DNA of 64,000 nt from Ostrea edulis (Eukaryota), in assembly GCF_947568905.1 (NCBI RefSeq), contig NC_079171.1, forward strand, positions 65,534,001 to 65,598,000. The letters are read 5' to 3'. A program made the position numbers and the translations under genes. Under the pieces are notes generated by a model. The model saw nothing but the letters and a program-made list of their open reading frames with translations. It searched no databases and was not told where the DNA came from. Shown here piece by piece: positions 1 through 11,639 of the stretch; the stretch's first letter is position 1, and every line of letters starts with the position of its first letter.

Positions 1-296
1 CAGTTCTACATATTCAAATATATATTATACATTAATGAATGTATAGTGCAATATATAAAACAATGTTGTGCTAAAGGAGGAAAAATATGTTGATAGCAAT
101 TATATTCTAATTTTAAATGTGTTCCCAATGGTATACAATAGAGTTTACAATATTAGATTGAAGTAATACAAAGCTATTGTTTACCACATGAACGGTTACC
201 TTTGTTTTCCTGTAAGGCACACTACCATATACACCAATACTCTGCCTCCAGTTAAACAAATTGCGAAGGAGCCGTATTCCTCCAAACCGGGCCTCT
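1..296 (-). pseudogene. Decayed coding-like fragment, paralogue of 11280-11582 (possibly part of an LRR/TLR-like pseudogene)
   Basis: Clear nucleotide homology to 11280-11582 (e.g. caaagctattgtttaccacatgaa, cctccaaaccgggcctc); all frames interrupted; fused directly to a 5'-truncated SINE at ~297. Confidence 0.3.
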
Positions 297-592
297 TCGC
301 GTGACATGCGGAATGCCGGTTTCGAATCCCATCTGCAACATACCTAAGTCGTTAAAACAAGTAGTAACATTTCCATCGCCAAACACTCAACATCAAAGGT
401 TGATATTACAGGCCTTCTAAGATGCCTTTAAAAACAAATACTCCGTACAACAGTAGGTACAGTACACTGCCCAATGACTGTAAGCGCCGAGCAAAGGCCT
501 ACATTTGAAGCCCGTCATTGGTCTCGGTTAAAGCTCCATATGAGTAACAAATTCTCGAGAGAGACGTTAAACAAGATAAATTCAATAAATAA
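297..592 (+). mobile_element. tRNA-derived SINE, 5'-truncated
   Basis: B-box-like ggtttcgaatcc; central gtaagcgccgagcaaaggcct and tail ctccatatgag...gacgttaaac shared with 12910-13245 and 46966-47292. Confidence 0.8.
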
Positions 593-1378
593 ATCTCCTT
601 TGCTTCGATACCCGTATGCGGTCAAGTGGTGCCCAATCGGTGGATCTTCATAGGTAAGGTGTTACAACCCCACCCATTTGATTCATTGAAATAGAGCAAT
701 GTTAAACAATCGCCTATATAGCGTAGTAATAAAATCCATTTATATGTAAATACTTTAGCAAAAACCACGTGCCAGTTTTGCCTCTATCTGTGTACAATAT
801 TCCTAAACTTGTAAAAAAAAAACATATGGTTTGTATATCATAAAGAATGTTAAGAAATAGATGAAATACGTGTTCTATGAATGATCAATTGAAATATACA
901 GTTTCACCAAATATAATTCTAAACAAAAATGGTCAAACCTCCTCTTGTCTGCGTTATATAACACTTTCTCCTCTGGTGCTTTGATCCCCAGCCTGGAGAC
1001 CGGATAACATATGCTCTGTTTTAGTATGGTATCTTTATCTACCATTCTGCCAAATGTGTAAGTATTTCAAGACTTTACAAACTTAGTACATTTAGTAAAT
1101 TGATAATTTATGATTCTGTCATCGTATCGTTTAAAGTTACCATGGTTGGTATTTGAGAAGAGACGTCAAATATTATCAAATATAATAGCGTTTCTCACTA
1201 GCAATGTTGATGTTAAAAGAACTAGTAAAATTCATACCTCCCTAGCAAGATCCACATATATACATGCTCACACTAATCCCAGCAAGTTATTTCCACTTCA
1301 CTACGTTGTTGCAGACACGTGGTTTCAGTTCTAACTTTAAAGGCCTATAGACAGTAATAAAAAGTTCATGGCCATACT

Positions 1379-1423
1379 GCAAAGTGAAGATAACGAACAG
1401 TGATCAATCTCATAACTCCTACA
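1379..1423 (-). mobile_element. 45-bp terminal fragment of the Penelope-like element
   Basis: gcaaagtgaagataacgaacagtgatcaatctcataactcctaca is the element terminus; absent from the paralogous site at ~48085. Confidence 0.85.
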
Positions 1424-1446
1424 ACTATAAAACAAAACTCATTGCA

Positions 1447-1750
1447 GCGTAAACGATTTATTGACACTCTATTTTCCCTGAAATAGCTCTAAAAGTTTAT
1501 TGCTATTTCGGATTTCAAACATTTCGGTTGAGCATTAGTGACGATACATTATTTGTCGAAATGCGCATCTGATGTATCAAAATTGGTATCGTATACGTTT
1601 TACATAATGACCCCTGGGTACAACAGTCTGCTGGTTGACTGTTAGTCGCCGATGGTCTTTACAACCCAGTAGCTAAGTACTTCGTTACTAGCTTGAACAT
1701 ACGGATGTAAATTTAATTGCTGTTTTAAACTTTAGAAATTCAGTTCAAAA
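1447..1750 (+). repeat. Partial, degenerate copy of the hammerhead-bearing ~351-bp repeat
   Basis: Matches 48660-48910; ribozyme core mutated (gtgacga instead of ctgaNga). Confidence 0.8.
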
Positions 1751-2244
1751 TCAAGGATGCACACCTGGTTTTGCATTGGCTTCTTGTATGATACCAAAGA
1801 AGCATAAACCGTTCGTCAACATCTGAAAGCAAATTTAGAAATTTGCAGTTTGAAACCTCACTGATTGTTTTCATTTATGCCAAAATATTGTAATGTTTTA
1901 CCTACAATGTCTTTATAATCCTGTACATTGTGAATTAAAGTTGTTTTTTGTGGCGTGAATCAGTGAGAAATACACTTAGCTACACAGTACTGTAGTATTT
2001 TCTCTCTCGGGATCTTTGTTTTATTGCTATCTATCTTGACATCGCGCGTTATCTTCAATATTAACACGGTATTATGTTGTGATGATAGTGTTGGTTTTTC
2101 TTTCATTCTAAATATACGCTATCTATTGAGCACAGGTTGGATCAGAAACTTCTTTAAAAAGGCATTGTATTTTTTCGGTGGAGTCTGAAGCTCCGGCAAA
2201 CTATATACTGCTGTGATCCAATGACAAATTATTTAAATCATGGC

Positions 2245-2520
2245 AGAACAAAGCTTATGGTACATAGAAGCAATAATACAAATTAGGATGTAGTTGATAA
2301 CGTGAACCTTTCAAATTACAAGTCTACAGTAGTTTTCATCATACCACTGGCTGTGATAGGCCATTGGTTAAAAGGTCCAAGAGTCATGTATTTTCGTAAC
2401 TTGTCTTAAAACAGATATCCGATGTTGCTTTGGGTTCTAACACGCTAAATAATCACCATTGAGACGATTTTGAGCGTTAAACGTTAACATAGATATACGA
2501 CTAAACGATACATCCATTTT
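2245..2520. repeat. Unidentified block paralogous to 14870-15210
   Basis: Shared aacaaagcttatg, gttgataacgt, cattggttaaaa, cgttaaacgttaacata; the second copy has an ~60-bp extra segment. Confidence 0.7.
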
Positions 2521-2974
2521 CAAATATACATAATGCAAAAGTGTTGCAGTGATCAACCTCCTAACTCCTATAAGCAATAAAAAAAAAAATACTGGACCAA
2601 TGGAGCAAGCATACTCTGTCAACCGATCACACCCACTGTGACCTTTATACCTTTATCCTAAGTTTCAAATATGGCCTAACAATCAGAGTGAAACACGTCA
2701 AACACCATTTGACCCAATGATATGTTTTATTCTGAAACTGGATCACCATAACGACCATATAATTTGTGAAATGCTGATTTTAAACGAGGTTGTGGGAACC
2801 CCTTCATCATCAGCTCGTTTTTCAGTAGCCTGTTTCGATATAAAAACCTGATAAAACGAAGAACACACAGAACAACCCCTTGTGTATCGAATTATGTGAT
2901 CGCACCTTTCTAAATTATAATCATAAAACTGTTACTGGAAAATAATGCGATTGTGTTTTCCAGCTCAGTTTCTT

Positions 2975-3535
2975 AAGAAGGATAACTCAACTGACAACTC
3001 AACTGTATGACGAACGGGATGATTTCAGCTTCTCCATCGTCAACTTCCCACATTTATGTAGCAATATTCCATTATCACCTGCATATGGTGTTTATATATC
3101 TCAACTGATTCGATATGCAAGACCTTGTTCTGGGTATAGTCAGTTTTTAAATCGAGGTAAGCTACTGACAAACAAGTTGATGGTACAGGGATTTCAACAG
3201 TCTCGATTGAAGTCAGCATTTCGCAAATTATATGGTCGTTATAACGATCTAGCTCGTGAATACAACCTCGCATTGGGTCAAATGCTGTCTGACGTGTTTC
3301 ATACCGATTGTTAAGCCGTTCTTGGCACACTGATTTTGACTGCAGATAACTCCGTTTACCTGATCAGAATATGGGGCTCACGGCGGGTGTGACCGGTCAA
3401 CAGGGGATGTTTACTCCTCCTAGGCACTTGATCCCACCTCTGGTGTGTCCAGGGGTCCGTGTTTGCCCAACTATCTATTTTGTATTGCTTGTAGGAGTTA
3501 TGAGATTGATCACTGTTCGTTATCTTCACCTTGCA
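2975..3535 (+). mobile_element. Penelope-like retroelement relic: RT C-terminal region plus 3' terminal segment
   Basis: Plus frame reads TTQLYDERDDFSFSIVNFPHLCSNIPLSPAYGVYISQLIRYARPC...RLKSAFRKLYGRYNDL; same family as the YIDD/YVDD-containing copies at 25.7 and 54.6 kb; ends at ttatcttcaccttgca. Confidence 0.8.
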
Positions 3536-3582
3536 TGCATTCACTTACTGATATTAATTTTATATATTTCTTTCTCTTTCAG

Positions 3583-3654
3583 AAACCTCAGAAGCAATCA
3601 AATAACAAAGATACCTGATGCAGCATTCTCTGGTCTGGTGAATTTACAGACTCT
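3583..3654 (+). CDS. Single 72-nt leucine-rich-repeat exon (NLRSNQITKIPDAAFSGLVNLQTL)
   Basis: Polypyrimidine tract ending tttctctttcAG, exactly 72 nt open, GTAAGT donor, phase 2-2, canonical LxxNxIxxIPxxAFxGLxxLxxL pattern. Confidence 0.85.
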
Positions 3655-3849
3655 GTAAGTGTATTTTACTTGTAATTTTTAACAAAAATAAACGATAAGA
3701 AAATCCTCTGTATAATACCCGTTTTACGAAATATAACAATGCATATTTAGGTTTGTAAAATAAAACATTAGAATATTTATCACACACACAAAACAAGTAC
3801 ATTCGTGTCAAGATTATTTTCAGAATCTCTAGTCAGTTTAAACTGGACA

Positions 3850-5415
3850 AAATATTCACGACAATGATAATGTACACTTTCTGAACATGTCCTCTATAGG
3901 AAATTCGCAGTATCCTGTTCAGATGTATTTTAAACAGAAATGTGAATCAGGAATCAATGATAGGCATTTGTATGCTCAAAGAAAGTCTTACTGGCTGTGT
4001 TTATAATGCAGAGAATATTGCAGATAGGATTGGGTCAGTTGGTTTGACCTGCATTTTGAGTGAGTGAGTTCGATTATTCTCGGTCGGTGTAAAATTGAGC
4101 ACCCCTATGATAGGGATATTGAAATTCCTTTTCACATGTAAAACTTATTCGGTACCAATGTTGATGCACCAGCTGCTCATTTCGACAAATAATGTCTCCT
4201 CAGTGTCATATTCGATACAACTTGTGTTCTTCAAATTGATTTCAACTTTTTTTCCGAATGACAAATAATTGGAAACTGATAGCATTAATTTCAAACGAGG
4301 GTGTTACTGTGTTACTAGTCGAACTAGTTGAATCATGACAAAGTGACGATACGCATGTAACGAGAATCAGTCAATGTCATCTTTATCATGAAAGGTGAAG
4401 ATAACAAATAAGGATCAACCTCACAATCCTATAATGAATGCAAAATAACGAGTTGGGCAAACACGGACGCCTGAAAACACCCAAGGTGCGAGCATACGCA
4501 GGAGTAAGCATCCCCTGTCGAACCGTAACATGCACCATGAGCTTTATATCGTGATCAGTTAAACGGAATTATTTGGCCCAATGATATTCTGTATGTGTAA
4601 CTATATTGTTATAAAGACGACTGAATTTGCGAAACGTATACTTTAAATGAAACCCCTGTATCATCAACTTGTTTGTAAATAACCTGAACCAATTGGAAAA
4701 CTGAACATGCGCAGAACCAGTTCTTGCGTATCGAATAAGTTGAGAGATCTGAACACGATATGAAGGTGGGAGTTAAATATTGCTGCATAAATATGGGAAG
4801 TCGATGATGGAGAAGCTAAACTTATTTCGAAAATCTCAAAAGGAATACGAAATTGGCAATGGAATAAACACAAACCTATAGAAACATGAGACAATGCCAA
4901 GTGGTTGGTAATTAAGTATATACTGCCAATAGTATCTCGGCACGAGGAGCTATATACAGCACAGACAATGCGTATTGTTAATTTAACTAAATCCTCTCGC
5001 AATGTATTACTTCGCCCAGCAATATAAACCCGCGATAGTCTCTCGTGGCTTTGACTCAAGCCATGTCTAATCAAATGTACTATGAATTACCGTTTGTCAG
5101 CAGAATTATTGTTTGGAAAGTATGGCTGACCGCAGTTCTAAGTATGAATTATACACCAAACACTGTCATGATATATGATGTGACATTCTGTTAAAATCCA
5201 TGTAGCTTTATAACAACTTCAAATGGCATATTAGATCATGTGTATGGTGTCGTGAGTACAAAATCAGTCTTTCCATTTCACGTTATTGTGTTTGTACATT
5301 CATGCATGCATTTGAGTTCTTGTTTTCCAAAAGCACGTTTCCCAAGCATTTGTATACGTTGTAAAGTGTAACATATCTCTAAATAAAGTATAATAAGGGC
5401 CAATATTTTCTTCAT
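3850..5415 (-). pseudogene. Decayed intronless LRR/TLR-like ectodomain 5' region, copy 1, split by retroelement fragments (4380-4870)
   Basis: ATG at 5415 opens signal-peptide-like MKKILALIILYLEICYTLQ; frameshifted LRR-like remnants (LRTAVSHTFQTI, FAG..NTLRE, LTHSKCRSNQLTQ); family assignment is by motif resemblance only. Confidence 0.4.
4620..4870 (-). mobile_element. Diverged Penelope-like RT C-terminal fragment
   Basis: Minus frame FSFSIIDFPYLCSNI...ISQLIRYART...TNKLMIQGF. Confidence 0.75.
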
Positions 5416-6089
5416 TCCTTGGGTAGTAAACATTAATTGTAATAATTAGTAAGCAAAATGATTCTTAGTTGATATGAAATAGAATCAGTCGTGATGTAAA
5501 GCGAGAAATTTAACGTCATATCCAGTGTTCACAATTAAACGTTATATCAAATATATATAATTAATAGTACTCTCTAAAACAAGCAGAATCAATTCAGGTA
5601 TACATTAAATGCAGTAAACAAAAAAAATTCTAGCCTGTAGTTCATGATGTAAAATATTATATTCTAAAGGAATCTATGTTATCGTAAACAGAATCAATCC
5701 TTTTCTGTGAAGAGGTGAAGAAAACCAAAAGTGACCAATCTATTACATTCCTTAATGATTACTAAATTAGAAGTTGGACAAACACGGGCACCTCAACATA
5801 CCAGGGGTGTAATCAACCGCATCCCTTATCGATATGTCACTCATGCGATTAATTACTGTTAATTCTCTTCACCTTTCATGTGGAATATTGAATTCCTATT
5901 GAAAGCAAGATTAATTTAAATATACAGAAACAACATAAACCATAGTACATAGAATCAATCTTAGCGTATACCAAGTAAAATCAGTCTTAGTGCATGGCAA
6001 AATAATCAATTTTAATAAAGACATATTCTTAGAAATTCACAAATATATTCAAATTTATTATAGGGAGGTAGGTAACGAGGTAATCATTG

Positions 6090-8100
6090 CGATGAGTATT
6101 TACATTGCATATAGTGTAGCATAGATACAATTTCTAACGTGTAGAGGTCACACAGCCAAGTGCTGATCTCGCTCCCTGTTACTTTACTTGCGTAATCAAG
6201 ATAGATACTCTACAACATCACTCGAAAAGATAGCTCATTATCGAGGCAGTATAAGTTCTATCTTACACTGTTCTCTACACACACCCCTGCTCGGGAAGCT
6301 TTGTCCCGATGCTTAGCGTGAGTCCTTTCTGAGTTTTTAGCACCTGTTTAGTAACGACATCCGCTACTTCCGACGACAACAGTCGTCGTTCCCGGACGAA
6401 GCCACGTCCTTATCCAGATATTTCAAAATACTCTAACTGAAGAAGGCCTCCTAGCAAACACCATAATTTGATATAAATTGTCTCCATCTCAGCCTCTGTT
6501 GTTTGTAACTGTGCTATAGATATGTTTCGTCACTGCATGGTAATGGCTTTATCCATTATCTTGTCCTTGAGTTCACAAATAAAGGCGTTTAGCTTCTTAT
6601 GACTAGTCTGCTCTTATGTAAACATAACCTATATTTTTAATGTTTTTGTCTCGCATTCTCCAGCTCCCTCTGTCGCTGGACATCCCTATTTTCCAGATAA
6701 GACATGCGATCTTCAAAGATGAAAATTGGTATGCGTGTCTTCTTTTTCAGCCTCCCTGGCTTCACATTGATCTTGTATCTGAATGAACTTCTGTCATCCC
6801 TGAGCTGTAGTTGTCATTAACTTTCCTGGAGTATTTGTTTTTCATTTGCGCGAGCTGTGCTTGCCAGTAAGTCCCTTTTCCCCAACCTTCCTGTGAGTTT
6901 GGTCATTTAACTCTTGATAACGTTTTGTTCTGAAATCTGCATCTTCCAGCAGTCATTGTACAGTTGTATTTAACACAGCCTTAACTCCTTAGCGCCCCCT
7001 CTTCCTAAGAATTTTTCTTCAGCTCTACTATTTTTCTGTCATATGTCATTTGTCTGTCATAAGCTTCGTTATGTTCACGATTTATTGCCTACTACTTTTT
7101 TTCACTTATTTGTTTCAGTTGTGAATTCTCCTCTTTCAAAGATGACACATTCGTCTGTCCTAACAGTGTCCTAACTTCCTTTCGATATTCACTGATTTTT
7201 TAGGTTTCTTTTCCTCCATAGATGTTCCCTAATATAATATCAGTTTCTCGTCCCCGTTTTCTTGCATCAAACAGGATGTGGCTTTAGTAGATTATTCTCA
7301 CATATCTCTTTTTGATATTTGCAAATGTCCGTATACCATTTTTACATCATTAATTCCATAATATCATATCTATTGCGTTCTTCACTGGTGATTGTTCTTT
7401 TGTGGTGACATCGCATGAAATAATCTGACCATTTACCATATTTACTAAATATCTGATTGCATGTGTTGTTGTCAGCTGTGCATCTACGAATACTGATTTT
7501 GCCTTGTTCAGCAGTGAATGTATTTTTGATTAAAATTTCAGAATATAATATTGATATTGTGTTTTCATGTTCTACAGCTGAGTTCCATAATTTTCAAGCA
7601 AGGTAATCACGTAATCGCTGTTTTATGGCAGAATGAAATTCAGAAATATTAGGCCTCACATCTGGACTAAGTTGACGTGAAAATATAAGTCAATCATCCT
7701 TCAAGCAAAATGATAACTCCTCGGACTGTCTATGGGCAGTCCAACGAAATATTTATGAAATCATGTTTGATTGAATCCACAAGAATTTCTAGATTGTGTT
7801 GTTTTTTGCCATTAAAACTTAGCAATCTTTCTTTAGGCTCATTACGATTAGGAGTTTCGTGATTTCCTTGAAATTGGTTATTTCTTGTTGTTGCACAAAT
7901 TGTGTCCACTGTATTAATTTCCGTATTCAAATATCCGTACATTGTCACTGGATATATGGTAACGAGAGTTTATATTTATATTATTACCCTGATAAGAAAA
8001 TTGTGATTAATTCATTGGTTTTCGTCACATGTAGCTGTCAGGCATAGTTTGTTCCCAGTTCTTGTTATAGCCATCATTGTGATTATTCATCTAATATTTG
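6090..8100 (-). pseudogene. Intronless coiled-coil protein pseudogene, copy 1 (family unidentified)
   Basis: Frameshifted remnants SPDVRPNISEFHSAIKQRLRDYL, EDRMSYLENRDVQRQRELENARQK; colinear with 18090-20090 and 41650-43650. Confidence 0.6.
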
Positions 8101-8104
8101 ACAT

Positions 8105-8345
8105 CGTATGTGACACAACAACATATAACTGGGTCAAATGCTGTGTGACTTTTTCATACCGAGGTCTTTCTTGGCACACTGATTTTGATTATGGATAACT
8201 CCGTTTACCTGATCAAGATGCAGGGCTCACGGCGGGTGTGACCAGTCGACGGTGAATGCTTAATCCCCCTAGACACATGACCCCACCTCTAGTATATCCA
8301 GGGGTCCATGTTTGCCCAACTCTCTATTTTGCATTGCTTAAAGGT
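8105..8345 (+). mobile_element. Penelope-like 3' fragment shared by the duplicated units (also 20105-20345, 43650-43905, 48290-48510)
   Basis: gggtcaaatgctgtctgac...ggcgggtgtgacc...gtttgcccaactctctatttt with the same junction in each copy. Confidence 0.85.
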
Positions 8346-8479
8346 TAATCACTGGCAAGAATAAGATACTTTTTCACCTATTCATTATGTTTACACATCA
8401 TTAACAGCACACAAAAAAACCGTTGTCGTCAATTGTTATGAATTTATTTGATAAAGAAGAAGTTTAAAAATTAACAAAT

Positions 8480-9081
8480 TTATTTAATTAAATATTATTA
8501 CAATAAATCGATAATTTCAAATGTGTAGTGTCCTTGAGTCAGTGCCCTCTTCGTTACACCTGTCAATGCTAACCGTGACTTCAGAAATATTCACGAGCTT
8601 TTATTTTTACATCTGGACCACTAATTACTGACAAGTAACTCTGATAACTAACTCAAACTGCTAACGACAGTCTGTATTTAAACATAACATATTTTTATGA
8701 AGACCCGGATGTAAATAAGTATATAACTAGGTCACCATTACAATGAGTATCTACATGTTTTTAAAGCAACACATATATAAGAAAGTGTATCAATATATCA
8801 GGGAAAAAAACCCACAGAAACATTCGTTATTTTTCAAGCAGTGCCACATTCCCCAACATAATCACGGTTATTTCTAATTATAAACAACAAGATCGGGATC
8901 GAGATATCCATGGCATCGTCCGAATTCCTGTAATTTTGAGGGGTTAATAAAGCAGTATGTAAAGATTTCCCGATGTGTGTCAAGTATAAACGATGAGACA
9001 TATATTTGATAATATTAAATTGACAATATTACTAAACGTAGTAAATGATAATACTGTAGTAGGAATTTGTACAGAGACAAC
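8480..9081 (-). pseudogene. Putative terminal exon remnant (block C), copy 1
   Basis: Minus-strand acceptor ttttgtgcAG conserved in four copies; decayed frame ..KSLHTALLTPQNYRNSDDAMDISIPILLFIIRNNRDYV.. Confidence 0.4.
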
Positions 9082-9129
9082 CTGCACAAAACACACAAAA
9101 AAAAAACACGACCAAATCTGTCTTTTCTC

Positions 9130-9590
9130 TATAAATAAATAGATATACTTTACACAAAGATTTATAACAAGGATACAATAAACAAAATCATTTATAATGT
9201 ATGTTAAACAAAATTATTATTAATGTGTAGTAAACATAATCAATTCTAATAGACTGTAAACAAAATTAATCGTAATGTAAAATAAAAATATATATATTGT
9301 AGTGTATAGTACAAAATCAATCCCAGTTTAAAGTAAACAAAATTAAACCCTACTGTGAAGTAAATAAACTCAACCCTACTGTATCCTAAACAGAATCAAT
9401 ATTAGCGTGTAGTAAACATAATCGAATCCATTATATAGTAAACAAATCAATCCTAGTGTAAAGTAAACAAAATCAAACTATATTGTGCAGTAAAAAAACA
9501 GCAATCATATTGTATACTAATCAAATGCGTCTGTACAAATTGTATAGCAAACCAAAAAATAGTGCATAGCAACCAATTGTTCAAAATAAT
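9130..9590. repeat. Degenerate 26-bp satellite array
   Basis: Recurrent aaacaaaatcaatcctagtgtatagt-like monomers. Confidence 0.8.
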
Positions 9591-9599
9591 TATGTATTA

Positions 9600-11600
9600 T
9601 TCATCAATATCTCTCGTCATCGGTATGTCCTGTAATGTATTTCAACAGAGTTTGATAATTCCCTGTATTTCCAAATATGTTTCCGCTACTGTATCCAGGC
9701 GTTGTAATTACAAACCAACTTTATGAAGTCTAGATATAGACCTATCTATACAAAAACCGCCTATATGCTTTGACATTCGTACTATTCCAAGTATAGGGTA
9801 TGTCATAACTGGTGATGCTGATATTACTTCGAAAAAAAAACCCCCATAAAATCACTTATTTTGATAGGCTATCAATTAAAAAAAATCGGTCTTTCAATTG
9901 GAAAACCATTGCATCACTGTTATGTATTCGGTCAAAACTTTTGCTCAGACTATGGACTAAACATGAAAGGGAAGCACTTGTGTCTCAATAAAATAGGTTG
10001 ATAACACATATCAAAGGAATTTTTAGATCACATTTTAGACAAAGGGAATAAAAAGTTGGTGTCATATATTCGTCTGTGTTTAGTAAATTAGAAGTGGTAA
10101 AATCAAATAGATTCAATGAGGAATATGTTTTAGTTCCAGCTGAAAAAAAAACCCGCCAAACTTTTGTTTGTTTATACGACTCGTCATTACAACTGTATTT
10201 TAAACTAACTTTTTATAATCATATTTACGTCTCCCTTGCTCTTTCAAAAGACCAATTGCTTTCAAACCATTGTTCAGTTTTAAATATATTCCATAACCAA
10301 GACAATGCGACGAATGGAACAAATATAGGTACCTTACCTATGCTTTGCTCGCAGACTTCACAAACTTTTACAAAAGTACATTGTTGGATCCAGTGTATGT
10401 TTGATCAAACATTTATCTTTGCTCCTCACGGAACTATTACGAGCTGTTAGAATAATTTGAATCATGTTGTGCTACAGCATACAACAGAAGTAGATTAAAT
10501 GAAGTGTGGATCCTAGATTATTCTGAAGAACGTCTAGTGAATTAGAAATCACAAAAATAATTTCTAGTCAACAACATAAACGCCTATGACTTTTCAAGGC
10601 CTCGAAGACACTTAATTACTAAACTTGTTTGCCATCATGAACAATTGCTTCTACAACAAAAACTAGTAAAATGAAATATATGCATCAAGTGATCAATCAT
10701 TCAAAAATGACGTTGTCCAACACCACCTTAATTGTATGCACGCGTACTCTGATGTTGCTATGAGAAAAGAAGCTGGAGTCCCTCATTGACAATGTCTTTG
10801 TAGTATTTGGTAATCAGGACTTTCAACATTTCCTTGTATTTTCCACGATGGAAATTGTGCTTCTTTATTATGTTGATATTCTGAAAAGAAAACTATTCTA
10901 TTAATGAACTCGTACATGGAATATGTATGTTATTGTAATCGTAATCTTGACATTTAAACGTGTCGACAACGTTTTATTTATAAACATTAGTTGTTTTCAG
11001 TTATATTTCGATTCTATAAATCCCAGTGAACATCACTATTGGGTCACTGTTAAATATTTCAATTAATATAACTGTTGATGGTAATTAAAATGCCGCTTAT
11101 CATTATCACAAACGGAAAAAATATTTCCCATGGTGAACTTCCCATATGTATGTACCAACATTCCACCATCACCTGTATAAAGTGTTCATTTATGAATTAT
11201 GAAGTTAACAAACATGGATCAGTTTCAAAACTGTATACCTTGCGTATAATCTGTTTTTATCTTTTAATCAATGCAATATCAACAAATATATTAATCATCC
11301 ATCAACACCATTTCTTTACATCAATACATTAATTAATTTGTAATTTTATGCTAAAGAAGGAAAATATTTTGATATCAATTATATTTTAATTTTAAATGCA
11401 CTTCAAAGGGTTTACAATAAAGTTTACAATAGTAGATTGAATTGTCAAGCCATGCAAAGCTATTGTTTACCACATGAAGGGTCACCTTCGTTTACCTGTA
11501 AAGCACAGTACAATATACACCAAGAATCTGCCTCCAGGTAAACAAATTGTGAAGGAGCCGTCTTCCTCCAAACCGGGCCTCTCATATACACACTTTATGA
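9600..11600 (-). pseudogene. Possible decayed LRR/TLR-like sequence truncated by the L1 insertion
   Basis: Only weak motif remnants on the minus strand (LDVLQNNLG, LxHNMIQII, RYLYL); occupies the same position relative to the satellite as block D. Confidence 0.25.
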
Positions 11601-11639
11601 AATATATTTGCAATACACATCTTTCAATACAATTTTTCT

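Larger units (their letters stand above)
297..1600. repeat. Segmental duplicate of 46990-48240 (older partial copy at 53030-53540)
   Basis: Long colinear near-identical sequence by eye, including the SINE and unique flank (ttgcttcgatacccgtatg, aatggtcaaacc, gcagacacgtggttt). Confidence 0.92.

Noticed and set aside
3921-4058. Additional plus-strand exon following the LRR exon
   Set aside because: AG and GTGAGT are present and phase is compatible, but the pyrimidine tract is weak, the paralogue at 28730-28810 has an in-frame stop, and the peptide has no LRR character
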